The notes: generated by a model not told the origin, from the letters alone. Counted from the first letter of the stretch, positions 12,251 to 25,980 are shown. The stretch is 64,000 nucleotides of DNA from Trichosphaerium sp. ATCC 40318 (GCA_038496445.1 JALMLS010000085.1:172150-236149), one strand, 5' to 3'. Made by a program: numbers and translations.

Positions 12251-15200
12251 ATGTATTGGATCTTGGTTGGCTTAGTTGGCCTAGTAGTCATAGTTTACTA
12301 CGCTATGGTAGCCGTAATATTTTGGTTTTATTTTAGCTGATCAATTCTACTTTAAGACGCGACGCAGAAGCGAGCATGCATCAGTACAAGCACAACCTCG
12401 CTCTATTGATCAAGTTACAACAGAGGATGTGGAAACTATTAGACAGCTGCGACGCCGTAAATACGCGTCTACAACATCAAATGACACACGAACGCTAAAA
12501 ACGTCGTCCAACGACTCAACAACAGGTACATTTTGTAAAAATATACGCTCAACAACGCAGCTGGCAGTTCTTTACAACGAAAGCACTTTTTCAAGCATTT
12601 TCTAACTGCCACGCAATCAAATGACGTGTTCACCATGTAAATAGATGCCAAAGCTACTACGACGCCAGTATCACGCCCTACAATACAGCAAGAACCACCA
12701 AAACCTACAAAGCCTGAAAAACAAGAGGAACCAGCACCTGTTGTAATAAAAAATGACACACCAAAACCAGTAGTCGTGGTACGACCCAAAACACCTGAGG
12801 AACTGACATCACGTGCCATTGGAATAATCTTCAATGTGACGCTTACAACACAACACAAGGTACGTACAAACTTGCGCCTTTTGGCGCATGCCTGTATTGC
12901 ATTACCTACCTTATTAATACATTAATTAGAAACACCTTAAGCCCGTACTTTTACCCAATTTGGCTAAAGAACTACCTGGTGGACTATTTGCTGCTGAGAG
13001 AGTTGATGACATCTTATTTGAACGTTTGAAGAATAATACCTTGCGACGAGTAATGGAGTACCTATCAGAGTCTTTCTCACGTATGCAAACAAACAGGGTA
13101 TGTAAAAGTTTGTCCACAAAACTCTTGTGGAGCACAGGCACAGCACCTTTTTATTTTCAAAGAATAACTTTGTATTTTTACTGTGCCTTGTCATAAGCTC
13201 TTTTTTGCAAACTTTCACCCTTAGTTCGAAGCATTAACTGCAGAGCAACTCCAACAATGCAAGAATAGTATAATAACAATGTTGGAACTGGCTAGTGGAG
13301 GATACTTAGAGTGGGTAGATCAAGCATCTAATCCTGCTATTATTTTTGCAAGCCTTATCAAGGAGAGAAAGATTAGCAAGTATCTAATAATACAAATGAT
13401 AACACACTATAAAGTTCAAGAGTCAGAAGGAGGAGAACCTCCAGAGCTCAAATTAGTGCGTGTTTTTTTTTGTTATTTCTTGCAATTTTTTCAGCGTTGT
13501 CTTACAACTCTTTTGTAGCTTCTTCAGCGAACGTTGGAATGTGTTGCACAAGAATTAAGACAACAAGATATGTTAGGTCGTTATCAACCACCATTAGATG
13601 TATGTGTGAAGTAATCATGATGAGCATCAAACTAACTAAATATAAAATAGGCCATGTCGTTTTTATTAAACTTTACTGATGTTTGTGATTTTGTAAGTAC
13701 CCACAACTCTTTAGTTTTTATCTTACTTATTATATTTATAGGCACCACGTATGAGTATATGGAGACACCAACAACAACAATTTCTTCCTGGTTGGGAATA
13801 TCAAACTTTGTTGGGATCATTGTTGCACGTGTCTTGTTTCGACAATGTACGTTTTCTTTTTGCAATTAATTTTCTGTTTTTGTTCAACTATTCACACCCT
13901 TTTTATTATAGGATAAGATAGGTAAATTCTACTTTCCTAATTACCCTATTGTTGTTGCAAAATATGAGGAAGCAGTAAGAGCCATGAGAAACGAGTGGAG
14001 GGTTATAGTAGATAGAGGGTTCAAAGTATGTAAAAACAAATATCTAGCAAACAACTTTTTAGCTAAACTGCTTTGTTTAAGACTATAAGAAATTTATTGA
14101 GACCTACTGGTACTCGTAAACATACTCTTGACTGGATAGGTGATATGCTAGTAGCGAACAAGGCAAAGAAAAACGTGCACGTACGTTAAAGTAAAAGTTT
14201 GCTCGGATGGATTGATATTCATATTGTTGTAGCTTATGGGCGCTATGGCAAATAATAATACAGTATCTTCTGGTATGCTAATTAATGTATGCATTATCAT
14301 GCTACAATTGGCAAATAATGGCGTTGCTAGAAAACGAGTGGTATTCGAACAGTTTCCGTTTTGTTCTCTTCAACACTCATACTTTATTTAGGTTGATGCT
14401 AAATACTGTCTAAAGACTCGTCACGGTATAAAGTGGGACCAAGAATCTAAAGTACATGCTCAAGGTGACGAAGAAGAAGTCAAATTCGAAGAAGGTGAGT
14501 GCTATTAGTATTCAAGATGGTTTTCTGATTCTGCTTTTAGAAGAGAGCTATGGATTCACAACTGAAGCTTTTTTTATGACACACTATGCTATGCATATTG
14601 GAGCACTTTCAGCTCTTGATTTATTCAAGGTTTCTGCAAGGAGAATAGCAACAATTAAGCAACGTACTCAACAATTAAAGGCACTTCAGTTGGGCGTACG
14701 TTATCCTTTTAAACAAAGCGCAATATAGCTCTCTTTATCAACGTGCCTGGTTAACTCCATTTTGATAGAGTATGGGCAATATGACTTTACGAGCAGAGCT
14801 TCAAGGTTTGGCTGTACGAATTATAAAACAACTGCTTTCGTACAGTTCCTTTGCTTACATTTCATAGCTACAAGAGCAATCAGGTGTACGAAAACAGCTT
14901 ACTATGGAGGCTATATTATTTGATTCTGGGTTCATACAAACAGCTATGGACTTTTACGAACATACAGCAAAATATTTACTTATCATGTTAAATGCTAATG
15001 AGTGAGTGCACTGCTTTTTTCGTTTAAGCTAACTTTTCCATTCCAGTAAACACTTGAGTTGTATACCAGAGTTTATCTTCCAAGACTTGGCAAGCTTTGT
15101 ATCTTTCATGGCATCTTCTGGTCGCTTGAACCTTGTACAACAGATGAGTAACATTATAGAACTTATGGTTAAGGTACTACAATCAATCCAAAAAAGTGTT

Positions 15201-17054
15201 AGTACAGTTACCTGACGTTTTGACAAAGATGATGAGACCTGGTTTCCTCAATAACCCACATTTACGTTCCTTTGGTGCTTCTACTCTACTAGCTCTTGTC
15301 AATGGAAAAGATGATGCTAAAATGCGCCAAATGGCTTGGAAAGCACTTACAACCACATCTTCCATTTATGTTGACAAGGTACACTTTTTACATCATACAA
15401 ATAGTAGCGCACTCTTTATTTATTCCCTGTAGATTCTATCCAACCCACAACTAACAGAAGAGTTGATTACTAACTTAACACATCTATACGTTGACATTGA
15501 AGTCACAGGACGTAAGTCAAACAACTATTTTACAACACCCAACATAAAAAACTAAACTTCAACCCGTTTACACTCATATTCACCCTAGGACACAATCAAT
15601 TTTATGATAAGTTTGAAGTCCGTAAAAACGTAGGTATACTCTTACGCCATGTACGAAAATACAAAGCATACGGTGACGCTTGGTTATCAATCACAAAGGA
15701 CTCAAGGTACTTCATATTGAAACGTTCTTACATTTTACAATTTTTTTCCTATGACATGCTGGTTTCTAACTAGTTGAGTAATTTAGCTCTAATAAGTTGC
15801 TCCTTGGGTTTGTTGATAAGCTTATGAATGATTGCACGTATATACTTGATGAATGTCTTGCGAAATTGAAGAAAATTAAAGAATTCGATAAAATACATGC
15901 TGACCAACAACGTTGGGCTACAACACCTATGGTAAGTTGTAATATGATCTACCAATGATTTATTTACGTAAATAATAACATTTCTAATTAATTACCTAGA
16001 ATCAACGCCGTGAATTGCAACAAGAGAGCCAACAAAATCGTAATTTCTTACATGTCTTTGCTACTTTTGGAAACGAGACATTGAGCCTGTTTACGTACCT
16101 TGTACAGATTAAACTCAAGGTACAGTACAAACAAAAATACCTAGCTAGTTGTTTAGATATTCAATAATCATGTACTAAAGATCTACTAGACATTCCAGCG
16201 CAAGGAGATAATAACACGTGTTATTAATATGGCAAACTACTTTTTGGCTCAGTTAACAGAAAAAGGCCTTGAGGAACGCGTGAGAGGCGTAAAAGCATTA
16301 AAATTCAGACCTAGAGATGTTATACATTCTCTTGCATTGCTATACATTAGTTTGTATGAGCAAGTTGATGACTTGACAACAATTGTACGTCAATAGTGTT
16401 GTTTTCTTTTACTTGGCCAGAATCGTCGCCGCTTTTATGTTTGTGTATGTTATTTAGCTTAACTATTCATTTTAGGTTGCTCTCGATAAGAGGTCATACT
16501 CAAGAGATATGTTTTTGACCGCTTTGAGCTCATTAAAGACATTAAAGATGCTGAAACCTGTAAGATAAAAAAAAAGATATTGGTCAACGAGTTTACTAAC
16601 AAACATTAACCTAGAAGGAGCTTCTTGCATTTGAAAAGTTTGTGAATCAACTTAGTGATGGTGTTGTCGAAGATGAAACTTTCACAGATGATATACCAGA
16701 CGAGTTTGTAGGCACGTATTCAAAGTTATCCATTAAACATGATTGTTGCTTACATTCTTTTTTGTTTAGATTCTATTACATTAGAACTCATGACTGATCC
16801 TGTTCGTTTACCTTCTTCTAAGCAAATTCTAGATAGAGCCACCATTGAAAGGCATTTGCTTTCAAGTCAAAAAGATCCTTTCACACGTGAAGCACTAACT
16901 ACAGATATGCTCATTGAAGGTACGTTTCTTTTGACAATTCACCTCTCGAGGATCACTGCTTACTTACTTTTTATTTATAGAACCTGAATTTAAAGCACGC
17001 ATAGAAGCTTGGTTAAATGAGCAAAGAGAAAAGCGACGAGGCTCAAAATCATGA
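12251..17054 (+). CDS. UBE4: Ufd2/UBE4-type U-box ubiquitin E4 ligase with N-terminal hydrophobic anchor
   Basis: C-terminal U-box DIPDEFV|[37 protein letters not shown]. Ufd2 core motifs [16 protein letters not shown] and GHNQFYDKF. First exon reads [19 protein letters not shown]. Confidence 0.88.
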
Positions 17055-17262
17055 GTATTATGTACAAACCAAGAATAAAATGAGAAGAGAACGTGGACAT
17101 ATCATTTTTGTGTTAATTGTAGTACGAATTCTATTACGCTTAATGAAAAAAAACCTTCTCGAAAAACAGCCCTAAGGGGCTACTACTTCTCATAGTGGGC
17201 ACATAAAAATTTTGTAGTAGAGTCAATCTATTTCTAAAATAGAAAGTCTCGTATTTGTTTTT

Positions 17263-17686
17263 ATGGAGACTGATATTTGTTTACCGCAATCTTTTTTTGT
17301 ATTAGCTCTTTGAAGTATTTGGAACAACTTGACCTCTCTCTAAACAAAATTGTCACTCTACCTTCGGAATTCTTCGAGCTTAAGCGATTGTCAGTTATTG
17401 ATTTAGATTGTCCTACCCATGGCTGATAAAGTAAAAACGCCCCAACCATAAAACAAGAAAAAACAAATTTCTCATTTTTTTCTTACAACCAACATCGTTT
17501 CTGAGCAGATAAACTTAAATGGAAATAAATTGATTTCTATTGTCCAGATATTCCGTCTATATCTCAATTTAGTTGTGGTGTACATGGTAATCGTCAATGT
17601 TTTAGTGTACACATCTACCCTATCAGCATATCTCCGTGTACATGGTGTAAGAGTCAAGAGTGCATTGACGATTACATATGTTAGTG
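17263..17686 (+). pseudogene. Disrupted LRR protein fragment
   Basis: ISSLKYLEQLDLSLNKIVTLPSEFFELKRL and EQINLNGNKLISI LRR units, broken by frameshifts and stops. Confidence 0.5.
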
Positions 17687-17808
17687 TTATGGAAAGGAAT
17701 ACAATTGATATAATAAACAAACAAAAAATTAAAGCTCACTCAAACACTTCTTGATAAGTTTACAGTGCCAACATCAGTGATAGACTTCCTTGGTAAAATT
17801 AGAAGTGG

Positions 17809-17912
17809 AAAAAACTATAAGCTTCTCAATACGTGTCATCCTTACGCAAAGGACCATGCTAATCTTCACTGCATCGTTCCAATTTTAACACATGCTTTCC
17901 CCAAAGGTTGGC
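17809..17912 (-). ncRNA. U6: Divergent U6 snRNA copy (variant or pseudogene)
   Basis: Reverse complement reads GCCAACCTTTGGGGAAAGCATGTGTTAAAATTGGAACGATGCAGTGAAGATTAGCATGGTCCTTTGCGTAAGGATGACACGTATTGAGAAGCTTATAGTTTTTT. Clear U6 homology, with ACAGAGA changed to GCAGTGA. Confidence 0.85.
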
Positions 17913-18232
17913 AATAGCATACTGGAACATGCAATTGTTAAGCAAGTGAAACAACTAAAACAAAAAGATCTGGTTTTTTGTATAAACGGTTACAGCAAGA
18001 AATTCCTATCAACTCATCAAATACAATTTAATCCAAACTTGTTTCAAGGTGTGCAAAAAAAACGTGATAGAACACTGACAAAGCGGTTCACCCATTTAAC
18101 TAGGACAACTTTGTTAGTTCTTTTTATAATAACGGTTTATACAAAGAGACCATCAGAACAAACAAAGGCAATTCAGTGAGTGTAATTTTGTGAGAGACAT
18201 GATAGCCAAAACAGAGTGCAAAGAAATGCTGT

Positions 18233-19195
18233 TTACCATGGAGGGCAGCAATTAAAACAAAGACCAGACTTATCTTTCCAGTTAGAATATTGGTTCAGAA
18301 GGGTTCGGCTAAGTGGACTGCAGTAACAGTAAAATACTGAGTCCGCATCAATCAAGAAATCAAAACATGCATCAGTGAGCTTAGGAACCCAAAGGATAGA
18401 GATTGTGTGAACTCCAGATATTGCTTGTATGCCATCATCAGTGATGTTGCAATAATCCAAGTTTATTGTATGTACTCCCGACAGCGCTTTTAGACCATCA
18501 TCTGTCACTTGTGTGTAACTGAGATCAATTGTATGTACACCGCTCAGATACTTGATACCTTCATCTGTAACTGAAGTATCAAGTAACCCTATTGTGTGTA
18601 CACCAACTAATGCTTTTATACCTTCATCTGTTACTTTAGTGTCACCAAGATCAATTGTATGTACACCGGCAAGCTGCTTGACACCTTTGTCAGTAAAACC
18701 TGTGCTCTGATGTAAATCAATTGTATGAACACCTGCAAATAAAGCAATTGTATTGTCACTCAACTGACACTCTCTCAGTTTTATTGTGTGCACACCTTTA
18801 AGATATTCAAAGGGCACTCCATAAAAATGTATCTTTGAGAGTTTGATTGAATGAACTCCAGATAAGCTTTTGATTGTTTCACCAACATCAAAACTACGTG
18901 GAAACCTTGGTTTTCTTAAATCAAGAAAGCGAACACCAGGTAATCTCAAAGGTTGACTTTCGATGCCTTTGAAATGCCTCAAGATGAATTCTGTATTGTT
19001 CAGTAGTCCTGAGTGTTTAATCATCTGGGAAACATGGTTTTGGTGTTTTGGAAACACTTTTAAGTATCCAACGTGTTTATGAATGACATTACATGTATAC
19101 CAACATGTTTGAGTAACACTGAGCCTTTCTTTGTCTTTTAAATTACGGAATATGTGAGAAAGCGCTTCAGGTGGTAAATCTATTAGTGTTGTCAT
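18233..19195 (-). CDS. Intronless F-box + 21-aa LRR protein (paralog of 39831-40802)
   Basis: LIDLPPEALSHIF F-box followed by repeats GVHTIDLxxTxVTDEGIKxL. Confidence 0.88.
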   Translation of the reverse strand: MTTLIDLPPEALSHIFRNLKDKERLSVTQTCWYTCNVIHKHVGYLKVFPKHQNHVSQMIKHSGLLNNTEFILRHFKGIESQPLRLPGVRFLDLRKPRFPRSFDVGETIKSLSGVHSIKLSKIHFYGVPFEYLKGVHTIKLRECQLSDNTIALFAGVHTIDLHQSTGFTDKGVKQLAGVHTIDLGDTKVTDEGIKALVGVHTIGLLDTSVTDEGIKYLSGVHTIDLSYTQVTDDGLKALSGVHTINLDYCNITDDGIQAISGVHTISILWVPKLTDACFDFLIDADSVFYCYCSPLSRTLLNQYSNWKDKSGLCFNCCPPW

Positions 19196-19325
19196 GTCAA
19201 GAGGCTTATCAACGTTAAATGAGAAGTTAATTAAGCACTTGGCCAAAAAGGCCACTTATTGGGTTTGCACGTGCACAAACGAAACTTAAAACGGCCTGTT
19301 CGCAGTTTTGACTGTAAAACTTGCT

Positions 19326-20068
19326 ATGACAACGCCGACCAACATCATATATGAGACATTGCAGCAAACAGATGTGATCGAAGCAATTACTTTAAAATAT
19401 CGCATGCTGAGCGTAGCCAATCCTCTGGCGCTTACTATGGGCACAAAACCGCATATCTCTAAAAAATCATGGCTGTACACTTCAAGACACTCGCTGATTG
19501 GTCTTACTACAATCGCCAAAGACACTAAAACGGACAAGGTACAGATTTTTGAAATGAATCTTCTACCAGTAAAAACTTATGTCACCAAAGATTGTTGGCG
19601 TGTGTTTGTCGACCGATTGGATTGATTATCGAGCCGCTGACGAGAGGTGGTCGGAATCATTACGCTTTGTACAGGAGTTGTGCGAGGCTAAATACAAAGA
19701 CTTCGAAGAAGCGCAAGGCATATCTGAAAAAGGTAATTGGATTTATTGGTGCGGTATCCAGGTTCACGTGCGTAATGAGCCTAGTTCGATTAAATCTTAA
19801 TTTATATAAGGAGGACTATGGACACAAAGGTATCGGTACCAGGTTGTGCCAAGAAAACAATCAATTGATAAAATCACTGGGCTACAAAGGCATAGCATGT
19901 CTGTCTACAAACGGATACGTTCACCGTATTGTAGAAAAACTTGGTGCTGTGCTCTTCTCAAAAACGGAATATAATGAGATTGAGGTCGATGGCAAGAAAC
20001 CACTAGCCAACAAAGAGACGTTGAAGTACCCACACAATTACTTTGCTCTCTATTTTATCACTTTCTAG
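19326..20068 (+). CDS. GNAT-family N-acetyltransferase (3 exons)
   Basis: Spliced ..AKDTKTDK|IVGVCLS..GIQVH|EDYGHKGIGTRL (acetyl-CoA motif A)..RIVEKLG. Confidence 0.8.
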
Positions 20069-20472
20069 TGTTACTTTGTAAAACTTTGGCCTTTGTGCCA
20101 ACATTGCTTGGAAAATATAGGGTTGCTTGTTCTCTCTTGTTTTATGTTAGACCTCACTATCTACCAGTGTTTTCGGAATCGCCGTTATGTAATCTTTGAT
20201 GTAAAACTTGCATTTTCCTTAAACTCCACATCGACATTGTGGATGCTCTACAAACTCGAAAATAGCTCATTTTCAGGAGAGCACCTACACCGAGGTCACT
20301 GTTGTGATATGATTTAGCGATTGCTGAGTGCAACACCAATGCGTTTTGGGAATTCATACAGTGGAGAATTGTCACCATGGTGCTACATTGGTCAATGAAA
20401 TTCTGCCGTTAAGATATGTGAAGATCATTTCTGTTCTTTGTGTACGTCTGATACCATTTAACACAATAAAAC

Positions 20473-22497
20473 ATGAGTGAGAACAAGTGGGAACAATTAT
20501 GCAAGCTCGTAGAGCAGCCAGCAAAGGAAGAAAGGTAAACTACACACAAAATGCGTAAAAATTGACCATACACTAAAGGTTCAACTGGACGACTACAATG
20601 GCATTGCTACAACAGATTTATGCGCTTTTCGAAGAGCTTACCAATGAGAAGTTACCAAAGAGTGATTCTCCACATTATTTCCCTGTAGTTGCTACGCGTA
20701 CCATTAAACAACTGTACGTCGCATGACGAAAAACAATTACAAAAAAAAAATTGACATTTCGTAGCTTGCGCGTTAAAGGGATGACCTTTGGCGTCATTGT
20801 ACAGCAATTTACGCAATTTTGTATGACTACATTGGAAATAATGGGCGCTTGCGTTCAGGGAGGTACACATTTACATCAACAGCATTAAAACAGCGCCCAG
20901 CATTGAATAACATGGCTCTTTTGCTAAAAACGATTAGAAAATGTAGAAGTTCCAATAGAACTTGCAAGAGAATACGCTCATTTCCTTCGCTTTGTACTAA
21001 CAGAGTCTACAAAAAAGTTAAACGAAGCACCAAAGGACATTTACCAAAAATATAAACAACTATCAACAAACTACGGTCTAGACCTCGCTGAGGGTGTTAG
21101 TGACTTTCTACTTGGCATATCAGCTCCAACAGCCGCTCTTTTAAAGAGCCCTGTGGCTCGTAAGATAGTTCGTGGGTAAGATAGTAAAAACAAAAAAACC
21201 AATTTTCAACATTTTTCAACAGCTTCTCCTATCTCGGCCGTACCCAATGTCATGCTACCGTATGTGATGCCAGTGTGTACATTTGGCTTTATTTTATAAG
21301 CTTGCGGTAGTAAAAGCACCGGTTGGTAGTATGGCTGCAGGAAAAATTGGAATTCGAAATCTTTATCTTCTGTTTTTTTTTTTTGGTTCATTTTTGTAAC
21401 TGATTTTTTTCTGTTTAGAGATAAAGTTATACAGACCTGTGCACGTCCAATGAGATTTATAAAAAAGACTGCTATGATTTACCAAGTGGTTAATATCTTA
21501 GATGAAGAAATTACTGTACTATACCCTTCAGAAAACAAAGGTAAAAAAAGAGTATTTTCACACGTGATTTGTTTTTTCTGAAAGCTTGTCAAAATACTTG
21601 TTGCTTACTTATCATCGCCAAGGTTGGCATATCGATATCAGTGGTATTGCAACAAACGAACAATTGTATGCGCTTATTACCAATGCTCTACAAACTGCTG
21701 ATAAGTCCATCGGTGGTCCGTTGATACCTGTGCGCGGTGTGAAAGTACGAACTTATGCTTTTGTGGAGATGTTTACCTTTTTTATTAGATTTTACAAGGA
21801 GATGGTCCTCAGAGAATACCAGACTTATTCTACATACTTTCACTTACTATGGCTAACTGGACAATTCTGCAAAAAACTACAAGGTTCCCACTGTACGTCA
21901 TATCCGCCCATGGTTTTTTTTTCGAATTCATCAAAAAAAAAAAGAAGACAATCTTACGGTTACTTCTAGAGCGAATCAAGGTGCCTCACATTGGCTATGG
22001 CATGATGGCGTACCAGCAGAAGTTAGTAAATTCAACGGTAAACGTATTATTGTCATAGATAAGAGCAAGATTCCAAAGAAGATGGATGTACTGAGGCACG
22101 TTCATTTTAACCGGTCAAAAAATTGCCCTCGGGTTTTTTATCTACCGAAGAACTTTTCTCACCCATCTTAAAAAACACTTCATATATTATCCTTGCACAA
22201 TTGTAAATATTCTTAAGTCCTCACCCGAACTGACTTCGGTTTTGGTGAGGCGACAAGACAGCACTTTTTTCTTTTCGAAAAAAAATTACATTCTTAGTTT
22301 TTTGTCACCAACTCCCTCGCCTCATACACTGACGTTCGAATAGGGTATTCCCAAAGATCAAAGCCCACGCTACAATTAAAAAGACCATGACAGGCGATGA
22401 AGTAAAATCACTCATTACAGAAATAACTGCCTCTCCTGCAAGTTTACGAGATGAGGCTATTCAAAGCCGTGCTTGGGTTTACAATAAAGCAGAGTAA
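20473..22497 (+). CDS. Uncharacterised multi-exon protein
   Basis: Chain of open exons with GT/AG sites from MSENKWEQLCKLV to ..RAWVYNKAE*. No family recognised. Confidence 0.55.
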
Positions 22498-22630
22498 TTT
22501 CTCTATGGCGAAAAAAAGTGTAGTTATTTAGTTTGCTCATAAACCCAAGCCTCGTGTCTCAAGTTAGCCACGTGATATAAACAAAAAAAGACTTGTGCAA
22601 AGGGGTGACGTATGGGCCATGACGTCATAT

Positions 22631-25600
22631 CTAGACCAAACATGGTGTTGTATCAGAGCACCAACAGGTGGTTACCTGTACATTGCAATGCGTTGAAAAG
22701 GCACATCTGTACCGACAAAAAAAAAAAGTAAGACAGCACTCAGGTTTTTTAGTGTTTAAACAAACTTGAACGATGTGGTATATTGTGACACTAGTTGAAC
22801 TTTTACAGGTAGTTCGACATATGCTTTTTGCGTAAAGCACCCTTTAAACTCGTAACATGTAGTGCTATCATTCATCGTAAAATTTTTCTTTCACAATATT
22901 GGTGTTTTTCACTAAGACAAACACTTATTTTCCGGAAATACTTTCATCCCCAACACGGAAGTTGTGCAAAAGATGGTGTAGTTTGTGCCTAGATTGTGTG
23001 TAGATATTTTGAACACTATACAAACCGTCATAATAAGTTACAACGGTAAAAATAAACAACTTCTTAAGAAAAAAAATGACATATCTCTGTATTAAGATAA
23101 CTACACCACTTCGTGTTCTACCTACTGCTGCTCACTGCTGTATGTTACGTCAAGTCAAATTTAAATTCTCTTGAGACAAGTTTGCACTTCCGCGGAGGTT
23201 GTTTTTGTCTTGGTTTGGAGATCTCGGAGTGAACATCGTCTCGGAAGCTTAACCCGTCAAAAGACAGTATTTAGTTCAAAAATACCTTGTCAGTTTCCCC
23301 GCGTTTGTACACTGATTCTTTCTGTTCACCAGATAAAGAATGGTAGCGTCAACATACCCACATTCTGTATGGCAGTATTTGGCGTAGATTCTAGTGACGT
23401 TTTGATTTGAAACACGTGGCGAAACTTTCCTTTCTTTTTTTTTTGATACACCAAATTAGTGTACAAGCCTCGCCATCATATTCTTGGGAACAATACCCAC
23501 ATTCTATGTTTTCGCCAACCTTTTCCGACAATAGTGTCAGTCTGCTTTTTGTATACGCGTAGAGAATGTATTGTTAGCACTACGAAGCGTTAAAAAGCAG
23601 TTTGAGTTTTACATAGACATTTCTCTATTTCTTCGCACAGAAACTAAGTTTCCACGCGTGACTGCACTTCCACACATGTTTTTCAAAGCCATCAATGATA
23701 CTTCAGCAGTAATATATTCTCGGAGTATTGCGGTTCTTTCTGGACAACTCTGGAGTTTAATTATGCCTACAATTAGAGTGTCTTTCGCATACACGTGTTT
23801 ACCAGAAATAAATAAAACGCCTTTTCTTCGACAGTTTCTCAAAAGTAACACGTTTTTCTCACTTTTCAGAAAGGTGCGTAACTGATCTCTAAGCTATCAC
23901 ACCCATAGTTTTGACGTATTCTTATAGCGCCGAAAGATAAAGAAACTGGTATTTTTGTTAAAACCAACCACGGAGAAAGTTTTTATGTTTAAACACGTGA
24001 TGAGGGTATTTCAACAATAGGTACGAATATTTACCGCTTATAATTGGTAATAGTGTTTCGAATGAGTTTTGGAACACTCAAATGAGTCTTAAAACACAAC
24101 TAGACAGCAAAGGAAGGGCGTAAACACACTTTTGAGATTGTTCTTCAAAATTGGAATATGTGTTATTTTCTGCTGGTTCTCGCCTTCTAGCGCTAGAAAT
24201 AATAGGCGCTAGGTTTGCACCAAACCGCGAGAAACCTTTGGGTCTAGCTTCGTCGTTTATTAGCTTCACGGTGTCACGCACAATGGAAAAAATGAACCGC
24301 CCCAAGAACAGACAGAGGAGGAAAAAAAGATCAAGAAGAGAAGTTATCTTCCCTCGTGATACAAGAATTAATAGGTACTTCGTTTAGTTTTTTAAACAAC
24401 ACAATATCGTTTCTACAAAAAACTTTTCAAAATCATTTTACCTTTTTATCTAATCACGTGACTGTAATAAACATCCAGAAACATTTCTCGTAGATTTCAA
24501 TTCTGACCTGGTTCTCAAAAAAACAATCAAAAAAACAACCGAAATAATTTCTTCGCAAGTGGAGAAAATGATCTAGAAGTATAGTGTTTGTATTGCATAA
24601 AACCAACACCGTAGCTGACATACAGAAAATGCACATAAACGTACGTTGACCAAAAATTCACAAACTTTTTTGCTCAACTTTTTCAAACTCTGGGTACATT
24701 ATGGCGTGCTTTATTATTAACGTCATACTAGTACAAGATAAACAGACTGGCATACTCAAGTTTAAAAAAACGCAGAGACGTTTAATGGCTTGCAGTTTTA
24801 AATACAAACTGCGATAGATCCAAAAATAGCGAGATAAATCCAATCATTTGTTTTTTATCTACAAGGTTGATTGGAACGTTGTTAAATCACGTGATAGCGG
24901 ACATTAAAAAAAAACCCCAAAAAATTAATTGGGTAGCGAAAGATAAAATGTGCGTCGATGTTTTGTTAGCCATAACCCTCCACACCCCTCCCCATGTTAA
25001 AAAACGACAACGATGAAGATGATTTTTTTTAAACGGCAAGTAGTTTTGCAGCGTGTTTTTCATCGTACTGCTACCGCTAACTGTAACCTATACTCTATAA
25101 TAATGTATTGCATTCAACCGACAGTAGTACCCGTGCTACTCTTCATTGACACTGAGGAACTTCCTCAAAAAAACGAAAAAAAATCTTTGCAAAAAAATGC
25201 GGAAAACAAAAAAAAAAAGATCTACGACTCCAAAAAACAATTCCAGAAAATCACCAATAACTAAATAATACCATAGAGTATGATAAAGTAAAGAATAAAC
25301 TGTTTTAAACGGTCCCAAAAAAGGAATAACACCAAAATCCATTTATTCTAATGTTGTTTTTTTTATGTGTTGAGTAGATACCTAACACGCATTGTATTTA
25401 CTCTCTTTGTCTTTGGTTTCATTCTAGTACGTTTGATAGGGATTCTATGAAGCTTAGGCAAGCGAGGGTTATCAACACGGTGAACACTTGTATCGTTAAT
25501 TTGTAGGGTGACAGTGTCAGTTTTTGTATGGTAGTGTAGCGCCAGTGAACGTGTTTTAGTGAGCGCTACTAGTTTTTTAACCAGTCTTTTGTATGCTGTA

Positions 25601-25980
25601 ATATGTTCCGTAAACTCTTCACACTCAACTAAGCCGCTGTAAGCAGTTTAAAACGAAGAAAAAACCAAAACAAAAAGTTAGCAACTTTGGCTAAATTTAT
25701 ATTATTAACGTTTCCAAATGGCTCTGTAGCCTCACCTGTACTGTGTGCTTCTCCATTTTGCCATAAGCTGAACATTGGCGTTATGTCGAATCTGTGTATG
25801 AGAAGAGAAGAATCATGTTTGTTCTACAGAGAAGTAAGCACGACAACTACATTCACGTGCTGAGCACGGTTTTTTTTTACCACAAAACAAACCAAAAGTT
25901 TGATAACGGTTCAAAACTCGTGCCTCTTTGTCAACTTTAAAGTGGTTATAACATCTCTCGAAAGATACTTGACGTGCCAT
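22631..25980 (-). CDS. Uncharacterised multi-exon protein (possible Cys/His zinc-binding segment)
   Basis: Open exons MARQVSFERCYNHF.., LVECEEFTEHITAYKRLVKKL.., RTAILREYITAEVSLMALK, IECGYCSQE..YCHTEC. 3' structure unresolved. Confidence 0.45.

Noticed and set aside
18400-18800. 63-nt periodic repeats as CRISPR or satellite
   Set aside because: They are in-frame LRR coding repeats.
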